Shown here: positions 9,233 to 18,886 of the stretch, one piece after another
How positions within the stretch are numbered: the stretch's first letter is position 1
Layout: the number at the start of each line of letters is the position of its first letter
NCBI GenBank assembly: GCA_903885445.1
Contig: CAISIO010000006.1
Location: 15,309-79,308 of the forward strand
Direction of reading: 5' to 3'
Origin: Candidatus Staskawiczbacteria bacterium
Lineage (GTDB): Bacteria; Patescibacteriota; Minisyncoccia; Minisyncoccales; Staskawiczbacteraceae
Length of the DNA: 64,000 nucleotides
Notes under the pieces: generated by a model
The model's database searches: none
Seen by the model: only the letters and a program-made list of their open reading frames with translations
What the model was told of the DNA's origin: nothing
Translations under genes and position numbers: made by a program

Positions 9233-10414
9233 CTATTTATGTAAAAAATCCCATTGCTTAATGATATTTTTGATATCAAAATATTCAGCCCTCCTCAAGG
9301 ATTTCCCGGCCAAATCGCTCCTTAATTTTTCATCTTCCAGAATTTTGATTATAACCTCGCTTAGAATACGTTCTTCCCTAGCTAAAGGTTGGGTTGCCTT
9401 ATAAAAATTGCCATCGCATACAGGCGCCAAAACTCCGTATTGGGAGAACTCTATTTTATCTGTCTCAAAATTAAAATCGGTATCCGGCGCTAATATTTCT
9501 CTTGCGCCAGATCTAAAATCAGCAGAAATTATTGGCACACCGCAAGCCATGGCTTCCATGGCGGCCATTGGCAAGCCCTCCCACAAAGAGGGCAAAACAA
9601 ATAATTTTGACTTGGCAATGAATTTAAAAGGATTCTTCTGCCAGCCCAACAAAAAAACGTCTCTTCTCAAACCATAACCGTCAATCAGCTCCTTGAAATA
9701 CGGCTTTAACTCGCCATCTCCTAAAATAACCAGTTTTAAATTTTTTATTTCTTTTTTCGCCGCGCTAAATGCTCTTATCAGGTGCCACTGCCCTTTTTGC
9801 CTAACCATCCTTCCTGCGCTGATTACTACCGGATTTTTAAATATCTCCTTATGCTCAAGCTCAAGTTCCTTTTTTGATGATAGCTGTATTTTCCCTACAT
9901 CAATCGGATTATAAATAGTAGTAATTTTTTCTCCTTTCACCCCGAAATTTTTTACAAGGTCAGCGGCTGAAGCCTTAGAAACCGGGATGATCTTTAATGC
10001 TTTGTTAAATAATATTCTTGCTAGAATCATGAACAAAAAATTAAATAAACCCTTCTGCTCTTTCGACAAAAACATATCAACCCGGATAATTGAATTTTTA
10101 TTGGAAAGGATATTAATAATGTTAGCTGAATTACCTAGGCTTATTACCCAGTCCGGTTTTTCCTTAAAAACTATTTTTTTAAACCTATAAAGCCGCACGA
10201 AAAAAGCGCAGATCCTTTGTAAAAAATTAGTTGAAAGCGGAACGCCCAAGCTTACCAAATTTCCTTTATACGGAAATGACACCCTATCTTCGAAAAGCAC
10301 CAGGGTTTGCTTTATGTTTTCTGGCAAATTTAAAGAAATTTCCGAAACGACTCTTTGGCCTCCGGCCTGGTATAAATCAGGTAAAAGGAAAAATAATTTT
10401 TTACCGCTCTTCAT
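9233..10414 (-). CDS. Glycosyltransferase family 4
   Basis: 393 aa with the GT4 C-terminal block LPSLWEGLPMAAMEAMACGVPIIS. It is a tandem paralog of the C-terminal half of 10401..13106. Confidence 0.8.
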   Translation of the reverse strand: MKSGKKLFFLLPDLYQAGGQRVVSEISLNLPENIKQTLVLFEDRVSFPYKGNLVSLGVPLSTNFLQRICAFFVRLYRFKKIVFKEKPDWVISLGNSANIINILSNKNSIIRVDMFLSKEQKGLFNFLFMILARILFNKALKIIPVSKASAADLVKNFGVKGEKITTIYNPIDVGKIQLSSKKELELEHKEIFKNPVVISAGRMVRQKGQWHLIRAFSAAKKEIKNLKLVILGDGELKPYFKELIDGYGLRRDVFLLGWQKNPFKFIAKSKLFVLPSLWEGLPMAAMEAMACGVPIISADFRSGAREILAPDTDFNFETDKIEFSQYGVLAPVCDGNFYKATQPLAREERILSEVIIKILEDEKLRSDLAGKSLRRAEYFDIKNIIKQWDFLHK

Positions 10415-13106
10415 AATTTTCTCTTAAAAAATCCCAATTATTCATGATTTTAAAAACATCAAAATCAGCTGCCCTGTTTAAAGATTTCCTTCTCAGATCG
10501 TCGGCAATTTTTTCATCGGTTAGAACTTTTATTATCGCCTCTTTCAATAATTTTTCGCTTATTTCTAATCCGGCAGACGCCTCTGGCGGCTTTCCAGCCC
10601 CTCGATCGCAAAGAGGCGGGGTCACAATCCCGTATTCTTTATATTCAATTCCTTCCACCTTGGTTTCTATATCCGTTTTCGGAGATAAAATCTCCACCGG
10701 ACCATATTTGCAGCTCGTTGTTATTATGGGCAAACCGCAAGCCATGGCCTCTATAATAACCATAGAGAATCCCTCAATTAAAGAAGATGAAACAAACACT
10801 TTGGACTTAGCCAAAAATTTGAAAGGGTTCTTTTGCCAGCCGAGAAAATAAACGTCTTTTTCGAGTCCCAAGTCTTTAGCTACTTGTTTTAAATCCTGCT
10901 CAAGCTCGCCCGAACCCAAAATAACCAGCTTAGCGTTTTTTACTTTTTCCTTTACTTCCTTAAAAACCCTTATTAAATAGCGCTGACCCTTTCGCTCCTC
11001 GATTCTGCCCACGTTTATCACAACCGGATTAGTAAAAATGTCTTCGTATTCTTGGTCTAAAGGTTCGGCAGATAAACCTGAAATTTTTTTGCTGTCTAAA
11101 AAATTGTATATGATTTTAATCTTATCTTTCTTCATTTCAAAATTATCAACCAAATCTTGCGCCACTCCCTTGGAGACGCAAACAATTTTATATGCTTTGT
11201 TGAAGAAAGTTTTAATTAAAAGCCTGCCTATGCTTCCGTGCGCGGAGGACAAAAACGTGTCGGCTCTTAATATGCTTTGCTTGCAAGAAAAAACGTTCAT
11301 CAGGTTAGCATTAAAACCAAAACTCACCACGTAATCAGGATTTTCTTTTTTTATTATTTTTCTTAGGCGTCTTATGCCAATAAAAAAATAATATATACCG
11401 GGCAATAAATGTTTGCTCAATGGAAGGCCTAAAGAAATAATTTTTCCCTTAAAGTCGTACTTAGAGGGTTCTTGGTTTGTGAAAACCACGGTAATTTTTT
11501 CTATATTTTCCGGCAAGTTAATAGACAGATCAGATATAACCCTTTCCATCCCTCCCGTGGCCAGCAAGGGCGTGAAGAAAACGACTTTTCTCGGCTTGAT
11601 ACTTAGATCGTTCCTAATCTCCGGGAGAAACGCATTATTAATTTTCTCTTTATGTAATATTCCTAATAGATTTTCGTAAATCTGTCTATAATCATTCGCA
11701 TCGTTCTTTACAACAGCAGATGTCGTGTTGCCCGGAATCGTATTCCTAAGATAGGATGCGACAAATTTATTGTTTATATTTTCCAAATCGTTTACATCAG
11801 GAATATTTTCCAAATCGTTTTTTATTTTTTCTTCCAGGTCCTTAAAGCTTTCCACTTTTCTGCAAAGAGGGTGGTAAGAATAGAACACATCACCCAAAAC
11901 ATAGACCGGTTTGCCAGACAGCGCGGCCTCAAGCCCGGGAGTGCCTGTCAGGGCAACAACCCCGGATGAATTTTTTATAATTTCTTGTATATTTTCTGTA
12001 GGAGAAACCAAAACTATGTTCGGTATTTTTTCCAACTCCTCATAAAACTGGCTGGTTCTTGCGCCCGCAGACATCGGGTGTTCCTTCACATAGAGCTTGT
12101 AGGAAAAAGGAAGGCTTAATGCAATATTTTTTACTGTATTCAACTGGTCGCAATAATATGCGGCGTAAACATTGGTTGACGATTCTGGTTGATAGTGTAA
12201 CGGGAAAAAGAAAAATTTTTCTTCATTAATGCGGCCGAAACGATCCTCAACCAGGGAACTTTCAAAAAATTTCTTTTGGTAATAAATTCGTAATTTTTTC
12301 CTTTCGGCTATAAAAAAAGCCCGGGAAAAAGACATCGCCATTGTTTCACTTTCTACGTCCAGTAATCTATACTTTTTACGTGAAAATGAATAGCGCGAGA
12401 GCGGCCGAAAAGTTTCCTTTATCCTTTTTAAAAAGTGTCTTATCAATCCTATCTGGCTAAAATAAACCTTCATCCATTTTACGTATGAAGGCATCTGTTC
12501 GTGGGTTATAAACTTATTCATAAAATCTCTTATAAAATCTTTTTCTTCTTTTAAGATGCTTTCTCTGTTTATCTCTTCAAAAGTTTTATAATATTTTGAG
12601 CACGTAAACTCTTCATCATAAATGTCTAATCTGTTATTTATCCTAGAATCGCCCACCCCCAAGTAAGCCGCGTTATTTTTTCCACAAAGGCGGCAGGCAA
12701 TCAGGGAAAACAAGCAGGCCGGCGGCTCGCTAATTACTACTCCTGGCTTCTCTCTTTCAAAAATAAATTCAAAAAATTTCACCGTGCGCAAGGTTATTTC
12801 AGACGCCCTGGCATAATCTATTTTCAAGAGAGGGCTTCTGTCGAGAATGGAAAAAAAGTCTTTCCACGGCAGCCAGGAAAAATCTTTTTTATTATCGTTA
12901 TCCGCGTGTCCGTAATTTTCTACCTGCCACTCAATCATTGAAATAAATTTCACTCCGTCGGGAAAAAATTTCTTTTTGTCGTACTCAGCGACTTTACTGC
13001 CAAAAATTACAAGACATTCGTCTCCACGCTCCAAAATCTCCGCGGATAATTTTCCGAAGAATTCCGGTAAAAACTGAAAATTACTTATTAGGAAACACCA
13101 TTTCAT
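10401..13106 (-). CDS. Fusion: capsule-polysaccharide-biosynthesis (KpsS/KpsC-like) domain + GT4 glycosyltransferase domain
   Basis: 901 aa. The N-terminal ~500 aa carry FFFFPLHYQPESS, VKEHP and LTGTPGLEAALSGKPVYVLG blocks, as in Capsule_synth-type CMP-sugar-acid transferases. The C-terminal ~390 aa are GT4 (SSLIEGFSMVIIEAMACGLPIIT). Confidence 0.55.
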   Translation of the reverse strand: MKWCFLISNFQFLPEFFGKLSAEILERGDECLVIFGSKVAEYDKKKFFPDGVKFISMIEWQVENYGHADNDNKKDFSWLPWKDFFSILDRSPLLKIDYARASEITLRTVKFFEFIFEREKPGVVISEPPACLFSLIACRLCGKNNAAYLGVGDSRINNRLDIYDEEFTCSKYYKTFEEINRESILKEEKDFIRDFMNKFITHEQMPSYVKWMKVYFSQIGLIRHFLKRIKETFRPLSRYSFSRKKYRLLDVESETMAMSFSRAFFIAERKKLRIYYQKKFFESSLVEDRFGRINEEKFFFFPLHYQPESSTNVYAAYYCDQLNTVKNIALSLPFSYKLYVKEHPMSAGARTSQFYEELEKIPNIVLVSPTENIQEIIKNSSGVVALTGTPGLEAALSGKPVYVLGDVFYSYHPLCRKVESFKDLEEKIKNDLENIPDVNDLENINNKFVASYLRNTIPGNTTSAVVKNDANDYRQIYENLLGILHKEKINNAFLPEIRNDLSIKPRKVVFFTPLLATGGMERVISDLSINLPENIEKITVVFTNQEPSKYDFKGKIISLGLPLSKHLLPGIYYFFIGIRRLRKIIKKENPDYVVSFGFNANLMNVFSCKQSILRADTFLSSAHGSIGRLLIKTFFNKAYKIVCVSKGVAQDLVDNFEMKKDKIKIIYNFLDSKKISGLSAEPLDQEYEDIFTNPVVINVGRIEERKGQRYLIRVFKEVKEKVKNAKLVILGSGELEQDLKQVAKDLGLEKDVYFLGWQKNPFKFLAKSKVFVSSSLIEGFSMVIIEAMACGLPIITTSCKYGPVEILSPKTDIETKVEGIEYKEYGIVTPPLCDRGAGKPPEASAGLEISEKLLKEAIIKVLTDEKIADDLRRKSLNRAADFDVFKIMNNWDFLRENYEER

Positions 13107-14541
13107 AAATTATATTTTTAAAAAAATTAACTTCTTTTTTGCCAACGACTTTTAATAAAAACATTAAAATAACGTAGACGGCTGCGCCCAGTAAAACAGA
13201 CGCCATAACTCTTGGAAACCCTGTCGGCCTGAACCATAATATCGATAAAACCATCAAAGCAGACGCGATAATGCTTTTGACTATGGAATCCCAATCAATA
13301 TGAAACTGAAAATCTTTGAAGGCATAATGCCAGGTTAAAATAAGTGCGCATAGATAAGATATAAAAGTTATTATAGCCGCCGCCATGATTCCAAACCTAG
13401 GAATAAAAACTATGTTTAACCCAAGGTTCAAAAAAGCGGCTATCGCCCAAATTATTGCAACAAGTTTTGTTTTTTTTACGAGATTTAAAATCTGGACGAA
13501 AAAACATATAAGACCGTACATAAACATGCTGGCGGCCACGAGAGGAACGACCATAAACGCATTATCGGCGATTTCCTTGGTAGAAAAAACCGCAAGCAAC
13601 TGGTATGACAAAAATGATAATCCGGAGGCTGCGGGAATCATCATCAATAAAAAATACTTCAAGGAGTTGCTTAAATATTTTTTTACTTCATCAAGATTAT
13701 TCTCGTCGAAAAGCTTAGGTAACACCACCGACAGAACCGATACTGTGGGAATTATAAAAAAAAGCAAGAACATTCCGACAGAATAAGCTGGCGCATAATA
13801 ACCTACAAAAAGTACTCCCAGAAAAAATCCTATTACATATCGGTCGGCCGAAGTAACCGTGGCGTAAGAGATATTATTCACTACTGTCGGCAGGCCGAAG
13901 TGCAAATATTTTTTTAGCAACGAGAAATCCGGTATTTTTACGCCGATCTTTTTTACAATATAAACAAGCGAGATAAAAAAAAGTATCACCCTGATGAGTA
14001 AAAGGGCAAAAACTGCGCCATACAATCCGTAGCCAAGAACAACAGCCGCTATAACTAATCCGGTTTCTCCAATCATTTTTAAAGACGAAAACCAGAAGTA
14101 TTTGCCCACCTCCCTTCTATAGAGCACCGCTGTAAGAAATACTGACCCTAACGACTCAAAAATGATTGCAAGTGAAAGTAGCCTAATTAGTGACGGCGCA
14201 AACTTTAAAAAGGTAGCAACCGGGACGGAAAAAATTGCCAAAAACAAAGCTAGCGCCATATTTACAAAAAAAACAATCGCCAAAGAAGAGTACACCCCTT
14301 CTTTTATTTTTTCTTCGTCTTTTTCGCCGGGCAGAAATCTTGCCATGGCCTCGCATAATCCCAAAAAAGCGAGCGGGACCAGAACGGACATTGTAATTTT
14401 CAGCTGGGACCAAATGCCATAGTCCTGTGCGCCAAGAATTTTTGTAATGATGGGCAAAAAAATTATACCCTGTATGGCTCCCAATGCGTTAAGTACACCC
14501 AAAAGAAGCGTTTGTTTCGCGAATTTTATATAAGAATACAT
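13081..14541 (-). CDS. Polysaccharide flippase, Wzx (MOP/PST) family, second copy
   Basis: 486 aa polytopic protein, paralogous to 102..1571 along its full length. Confidence 0.8.
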   Translation of the reverse strand: MYSYIKFAKQTLLLGVLNALGAIQGIIFLPIITKILGAQDYGIWSQLKITMSVLVPLAFLGLCEAMARFLPGEKDEEKIKEGVYSSLAIVFFVNMALALFLAIFSVPVATFLKFAPSLIRLLSLAIIFESLGSVFLTAVLYRREVGKYFWFSSLKMIGETGLVIAAVVLGYGLYGAVFALLLIRVILFFISLVYIVKKIGVKIPDFSLLKKYLHFGLPTVVNNISYATVTSADRYVIGFFLGVLFVGYYAPAYSVGMFLLFFIIPTVSVLSVVLPKLFDENNLDEVKKYLSNSLKYFLLMMIPAASGLSFLSYQLLAVFSTKEIADNAFMVVPLVAASMFMYGLICFFVQILNLVKKTKLVAIIWAIAAFLNLGLNIVFIPRFGIMAAAIITFISYLCALILTWHYAFKDFQFHIDWDSIVKSIIASALMVLSILWFRPTGFPRVMASVLLGAAVYVILMFLLKVVGKKEVNFFKNIIYEMVFPNK

Positions 14542-14542
14542 A

Positions 14543-15820
14543 TCAAATTTTCTTGATTAGCCCTTTTTTAAAAAATTTATCAACATACTCCAACACTTCC
14601 TTAAAATCCATATTTAGTTCATCGGCAATATCAAAAACGCTTTTGTCGCCCTCTAGGCGTAACATTATTTTTTCTACATTCTGGTTTAGTTTTTTATTTT
14701 TCCGCCAATCAATCCATAGGCCATATCCAGACAAAAACACCGGGCCCTTGAATGTTCTTTTGGGCACATAATCTTTATCTGAAATTTCGTTTTCAAAGGC
14801 GCGCAATATATCCAAAACCGTTTTTTTCGCCTCTTTCATCTTTTCAACTGAAATTATTTTGGGGCTGTCGCCCGAGGTATGGTATTCCGAGTATGGCCAT
14901 CGGCTTATAGATACCATCGGAATGTCTACGCCGGGGCCATTAAAAACCATCTCATCGTTTCTTACAATTTCTCGAAAGCCGCCTATTTTTAAATTGGGGC
15001 ATTTATTTTGCATTATTTTTTTAGCAATTCTGTCTATTTTTGTATTACCCTGTCGGCTTAGTTGTAAAGTTAAATTATTATTGTTTCCGGGCATTTCGAG
15101 AAAAATCCCGTATTTTAAGTTGGGGATTATTTTTTCGTTGCCGCTAAGATACGCGACAGAGCCGATGGTTTCGGGCAAAAATAAAAACTTATACGTATAA
15201 AAATTATTGCGCCTACTTATTTCTTTTGCCAGATCAACTAAAATAGAAACTCCTGCCAAGTCGTCATTTGCCTGGCAGGGATGGCACAAATGAGAAACCA
15301 GAACGATTGTTTTTTTACTTTTTCCTCTTATAGTACAGTCGCCCACTTTTAAATTTCCTTTTTCAAACTTTGAATCTATAAAAACCTTATACTTTTCTTT
15401 GCTCAACTCTTTTAACTTTTCATGCTGTATGCAAAAACCCCAGTCACGCTCATAATATTTAAACTCGAAAGGAATGGCCTTGGGCATATCCGGCCTTGAA
15501 CGCAGGTGTTTTAATAATTCCTTTTTCCCGATAATTTTATTTACTGGCAAAGAGTAAGACATTACGTGCAAGGGATGGTCGTTTAAATCCAAAATTCTTT
15601 TACCGCTCACTTCTTCAATATATGCTTCTTTCACCGACCATTTTTCAGGGACTGTCCATGTCCAACATTTGGTTCCAGATGGAATTTTATGAATTTTCAG
15701 CGGAATAATCTTTGAAATATATTTCAAAGATTCGTCAAAACCATCGGAAATAATATCCCTCCTTTTAAACCAAAGCGCGTCGATTAATTCCATCATTGTG
15801 TTTTTATGGTTTTTGGGCAT
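14543..15820 (-). CDS. Aminopeptidase-like (M28-fold, DUF4910/DUF2172-type) protein of glycan clusters
   Basis: 425 aa with the signature LVSHLCHPCQANDDLAGV. The small C-terminal domain looks winged-helix-like. The function of this family in glycan clusters is unknown. Confidence 0.6.
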   Translation of the reverse strand: MPKNHKNTMMELIDALWFKRRDIISDGFDESLKYISKIIPLKIHKIPSGTKCWTWTVPEKWSVKEAYIEEVSGKRILDLNDHPLHVMSYSLPVNKIIGKKELLKHLRSRPDMPKAIPFEFKYYERDWGFCIQHEKLKELSKEKYKVFIDSKFEKGNLKVGDCTIRGKSKKTIVLVSHLCHPCQANDDLAGVSILVDLAKEISRRNNFYTYKFLFLPETIGSVAYLSGNEKIIPNLKYGIFLEMPGNNNNLTLQLSRQGNTKIDRIAKKIMQNKCPNLKIGGFREIVRNDEMVFNGPGVDIPMVSISRWPYSEYHTSGDSPKIISVEKMKEAKKTVLDILRAFENEISDKDYVPKRTFKGPVFLSGYGLWIDWRKNKKLNQNVEKIMLRLEGDKSVFDIADELNMDFKEVLEYVDKFFKKGLIKKI

Positions 15821-16592
15821 AGACTTCCATTATATTTTTATAAAATGGCACTTTAATATTTTTTCTGATTCTCAAAACTTTCAAAACAAAATTCACTAAA
15901 TCTTTCACCGGCGAAGCGTATGGGGTTCCGATGTAAGGATACTCTACGCCCTTAATCTTATATCCAAAATTATTTAAAATTTGTTTCAAAACTTTGTCTG
16001 ACGGAATAAGAAAATTTCTGGGGTCGCTTAAGAGGGGCAACGTGTTAAATAATTTATAATAAATACTGTTGGCGTTTGGCGTAACCAAGAAAATTATTCC
16101 TCCGCCTTTTTTTAGCCAATAATAGCATTTTTCTATTCGGGAAATCGGATCCGGTATATGCTGTATTGTTCCGCGGAAAATAATTAAATCAAATAAATTG
16201 TCCTTAAAATCAAAATCAACAATAATCCCGTTTTTCCTGGCTTCTTCAAGAGCATAGCCGGAAATATCAACTCCATATTTTTTCCAATTCTGGCCAAACA
16301 AGGATAGAAATCCTCCCTCTCCGCACCCTATATCCAAAACATTTCCGCCCTTATTAATATCAAAATATTTTTTAATATGTTCAAACTCCTGGCGGTACAT
16401 TTCTCTCCTTTTTTCAACAATTTTCCTTTCTACATCATTTGAAGATTTTTCGTCCTCAAAGTAATCCCTCTGGTATAAATCTTGAAGCCTTAAAATGGTT
16501 TCTTTGCGCGCGCCCAAAAAGTTCCTGAAGGCCGATTCATCCTTCTTTAATAAAAACTCCGGCAAGGAATCATTTTTCTCCTGTTTTTCCAT
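15804..16592 (-). CDS. Class I SAM-dependent methyltransferase
   Basis: 262 aa with the VLDIGCGEGGF SAM motif and a LKKGGGIIFLV block. Confidence 0.85.
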   Translation of the reverse strand: MEKQEKNDSLPEFLLKKDESAFRNFLGARKETILRLQDLYQRDYFEDEKSSNDVERKIVEKRREMYRQEFEHIKKYFDINKGGNVLDIGCGEGGFLSLFGQNWKKYGVDISGYALEEARKNGIIVDFDFKDNLFDLIIFRGTIQHIPDPISRIEKCYYWLKKGGGIIFLVTPNANSIYYKLFNTLPLLSDPRNFLIPSDKVLKQILNNFGYKIKGVEYPYIGTPYASPVKDLVNFVLKVLRIRKNIKVPFYKNIMEVYAQKP

Positions 16593-16597
16593 AAATA

Positions 16598-17347
16598 TTA
16601 TTTTTGAGTATTAATTTTTATCAGATGCGGATTTTTGTCTAAAAAATCAATAACTTCTTCTATATAAAATATCTTCCCGGGTTTATAAAGATTTTTATAA
16701 ATTTCTTTTATCAGTTCAAAATCCCTTTCTATGTCTGTAGTCAAGCGGATTTCCGGCCTTTTTAACTTTCCTTCCGCGGCCACGCTTTGAAGTTTAAATA
16801 ATTCAGGGTGCCTATAAATATATGGCGTCGCGTGTTCTCTTTCATATTCTTCCGTTGCATTATTAAAAGCTTTTTCGAGGGCGCCGAGGTTAAACACTTC
16901 TACATGCAAACCAACCGGAAAAGTTTCTTCAAGCACATTTGAAGTGTAATCAGCATCAGAATCTAGGTGCCTCTCAATTACGAGATTGATTACCCCAGGA
17001 TCAGTTGCGGCGTTATCAGAAGGTATTCTAACCACAACCTCCGCGCCGAATTCTTTGGCGGCCAAATAGTGGCGCTCCAATAAATTTTTCTCGCTGCCGC
17101 GGAAATATTTAAAACCATTTTCTTCGGCAAATTTCTCCAAAATATCATTTGCCTGAGTGTCTGGCATCGCCAAAACTAGTTCATCAATATTTTTTGCGGT
17201 TTTTATTCTTTGCAAAACGTGCCACAAAAATTTTTTACCGGCTAAATCCAGCAAAACCTTGTTGGGCAATCTTGTAGATCCCGTTCTTGCCTGTACAATA
17301 GCAACAACTCTTTTTTTATTTTTTAAGGAATTTACCATGCTGTCCAT
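16598..17347 (-). CDS. Cytidylyltransferase (SpsF/NeuA/PseF-type CMP-nonulosonate synthetase candidate)
   Basis: 249 aa with VVAIVQARTGSTRLPNKVL, the canonical N-terminal motif of SpsF-type acylneuraminate cytidylyltransferases. Confidence 0.8.
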   Translation of the reverse strand: MDSMVNSLKNKKRVVAIVQARTGSTRLPNKVLLDLAGKKFLWHVLQRIKTAKNIDELVLAMPDTQANDILEKFAEENGFKYFRGSEKNLLERHYLAAKEFGAEVVVRIPSDNAATDPGVINLVIERHLDSDADYTSNVLEETFPVGLHVEVFNLGALEKAFNNATEEYEREHATPYIYRHPELFKLQSVAAEGKLKRPEIRLTTDIERDFELIKEIYKNLYKPGKIFYIEEVIDFLDKNPHLIKINTQK

Positions 17348-18138
17348 CCTCCATCAATAATAAAATTCTGGCCGGTTGCGTAGCTGGAGGCGTCGCTGGC
17401 CAAAAAAGCTATAATCCCCTTTAAGTCTTCGGGTGTACCTATTCTATTTAACATTGTTTTTGCTTTAAGCCGTTTATAAAAAACTTCATCTTTTTGCACC
17501 TCATCCCTTGGAAAAGGCCCCGGCGAAATACTGTTTACCCTGATTCCATATTGCGCCCAGTAAGAAGCTAAATATTTAGAAAGCGAAATAACAGCTGCTT
17601 TCGAAGGGCCATAGCTTGGAGTGCTATTTGATTTTGTACCTTCATAAATATTGCAATCCGGAGAGACAATCCCATACATAGAGCCGATGTTTATTATTGT
17701 TCCCCCCTTTTGTTTTAATAAGGGCAACGCGAGAGATGAACATCTAAAAACGCTTGAAAAAGTTCCTTGCACGCTTTTATCGAAGTCGTCAAAAGATATT
17801 TCTTCAATGGTTTTTTGCACTCCGTAAAAAGCGTTATTTACCAGAATGTCGATTGTTTTAAATTTCTTCCCGACTTCTTCGAAAAATATCTTAAGAGATT
17901 TATCATCAAAAAAATCTATCGCCTCTATTGAAATTTTTTGCTTTGGGTAGTCTTTTTTTAATTGGGCCGATCTCGATGAAACCTTTCTGTCAAGCAACTC
18001 TTTTTCCGTAACAGTTATTATAACATTCGCTCCCAGCTCAAGAAGGGTCTCTGTCATGGCAGAACCCAAGTGGCCAAGGCCGCCCGTGATTATTGCTGTT
18101 TTCCTTGATAAATTAAATAAATCTTTTACTTTTTTCAT
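17332..18138 (-). CDS. Short-chain dehydrogenase/reductase (classical SDR)
   Basis: 268 aa with the TGGLGHLGSAM cofactor motif, NNAF, and the YGPSKAA catalytic YxxxK. Confidence 0.85.
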   Translation of the reverse strand: MKKVKDLFNLSRKTAIITGGLGHLGSAMTETLLELGANVIITVTEKELLDRKVSSRSAQLKKDYPKQKISIEAIDFFDDKSLKIFFEEVGKKFKTIDILVNNAFYGVQKTIEEISFDDFDKSVQGTFSSVFRCSSLALPLLKQKGGTIINIGSMYGIVSPDCNIYEGTKSNSTPSYGPSKAAVISLSKYLASYWAQYGIRVNSISPGPFPRDEVQKDEVFYKRLKAKTMLNRIGTPEDLKGIIAFLASDASSYATGQNFIIDGGWTAW

Positions 18139-18881
18139 AATGGTTTTTTAAAATAATAGCCGTGGCTATCTATTTTAATCCAATTAATTTTAATATCTCT
18201 CGATTTTAAAAATTCTTCAAACGCCACTTTGTCGCCATTCCAACATCCATAATCGTCGCTTATAATGTATCCCCCGGGGACCACTAAATCGTATAAGCTT
18301 TCCAGGCAAAATTTTGTTGATTCATACCAGTCTCCATCTAGCCTCAAAACAGAGATAGAATTTATTTTCGTTTTTGGCAGAGTATTTTGAAACCATCCCT
18401 TTATAATAGAAACATTATCTAATTTTAATATTTTAACAATTCTGCAGGCGTCGCTATAACTAGCCACGCACCTGTCTATGGATATCAATCTGCCCTTCGG
18501 TTCGCCCTGTTTCCAATTAATCGCTCTTTCTCCGTCTTTCACAGTTGGCTCTGGCAACCCTTCGAAAGAATCGAACATCCATGTTTTGCGGTTTCTGGCA
18601 GTAAAAGCCATCACTGCCGCGCATCCGCCCTTCCAAACACCGCATTCGACTAAATCACCTTCTACCCCATCATTTTTCACCGCTTTCGTTAGATTATAAG
18701 CATTGTCCAATTTTTCATAGCTGACCATTGTATAAGGATAAACTTTTAGAAATAAAAATAGCTTTTCGAAATTAAATAAATCGTGCGATAGAAGTTTCCC
18801 CGAAAAAACTAGGAACCTGTAAAAATTAACCAATCTCTCGTTTTTTCTTACTATATTTTTTATTATTTCTAAATTTAACAT
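18135..18881 (-). CDS. TylF/MycF-family (macrocin-type) sugar O-methyltransferase
   Basis: 248 aa with the GDLVECGVWKGG motif and an LRLDGDWYEST metal-site block typical of TylF-class enzymes. Confidence 0.75.
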   Translation of the reverse strand: MLNLEIIKNIVRKNERLVNFYRFLVFSGKLLSHDLFNFEKLFLFLKVYPYTMVSYEKLDNAYNLTKAVKNDGVEGDLVECGVWKGGCAAVMAFTARNRKTWMFDSFEGLPEPTVKDGERAINWKQGEPKGRLISIDRCVASYSDACRIVKILKLDNVSIIKGWFQNTLPKTKINSISVLRLDGDWYESTKFCLESLYDLVVPGGYIISDDYGCWNGDKVAFEEFLKSRDIKINWIKIDSHGYYFKKPL

Positions 18882-18886
18882 AGTTG

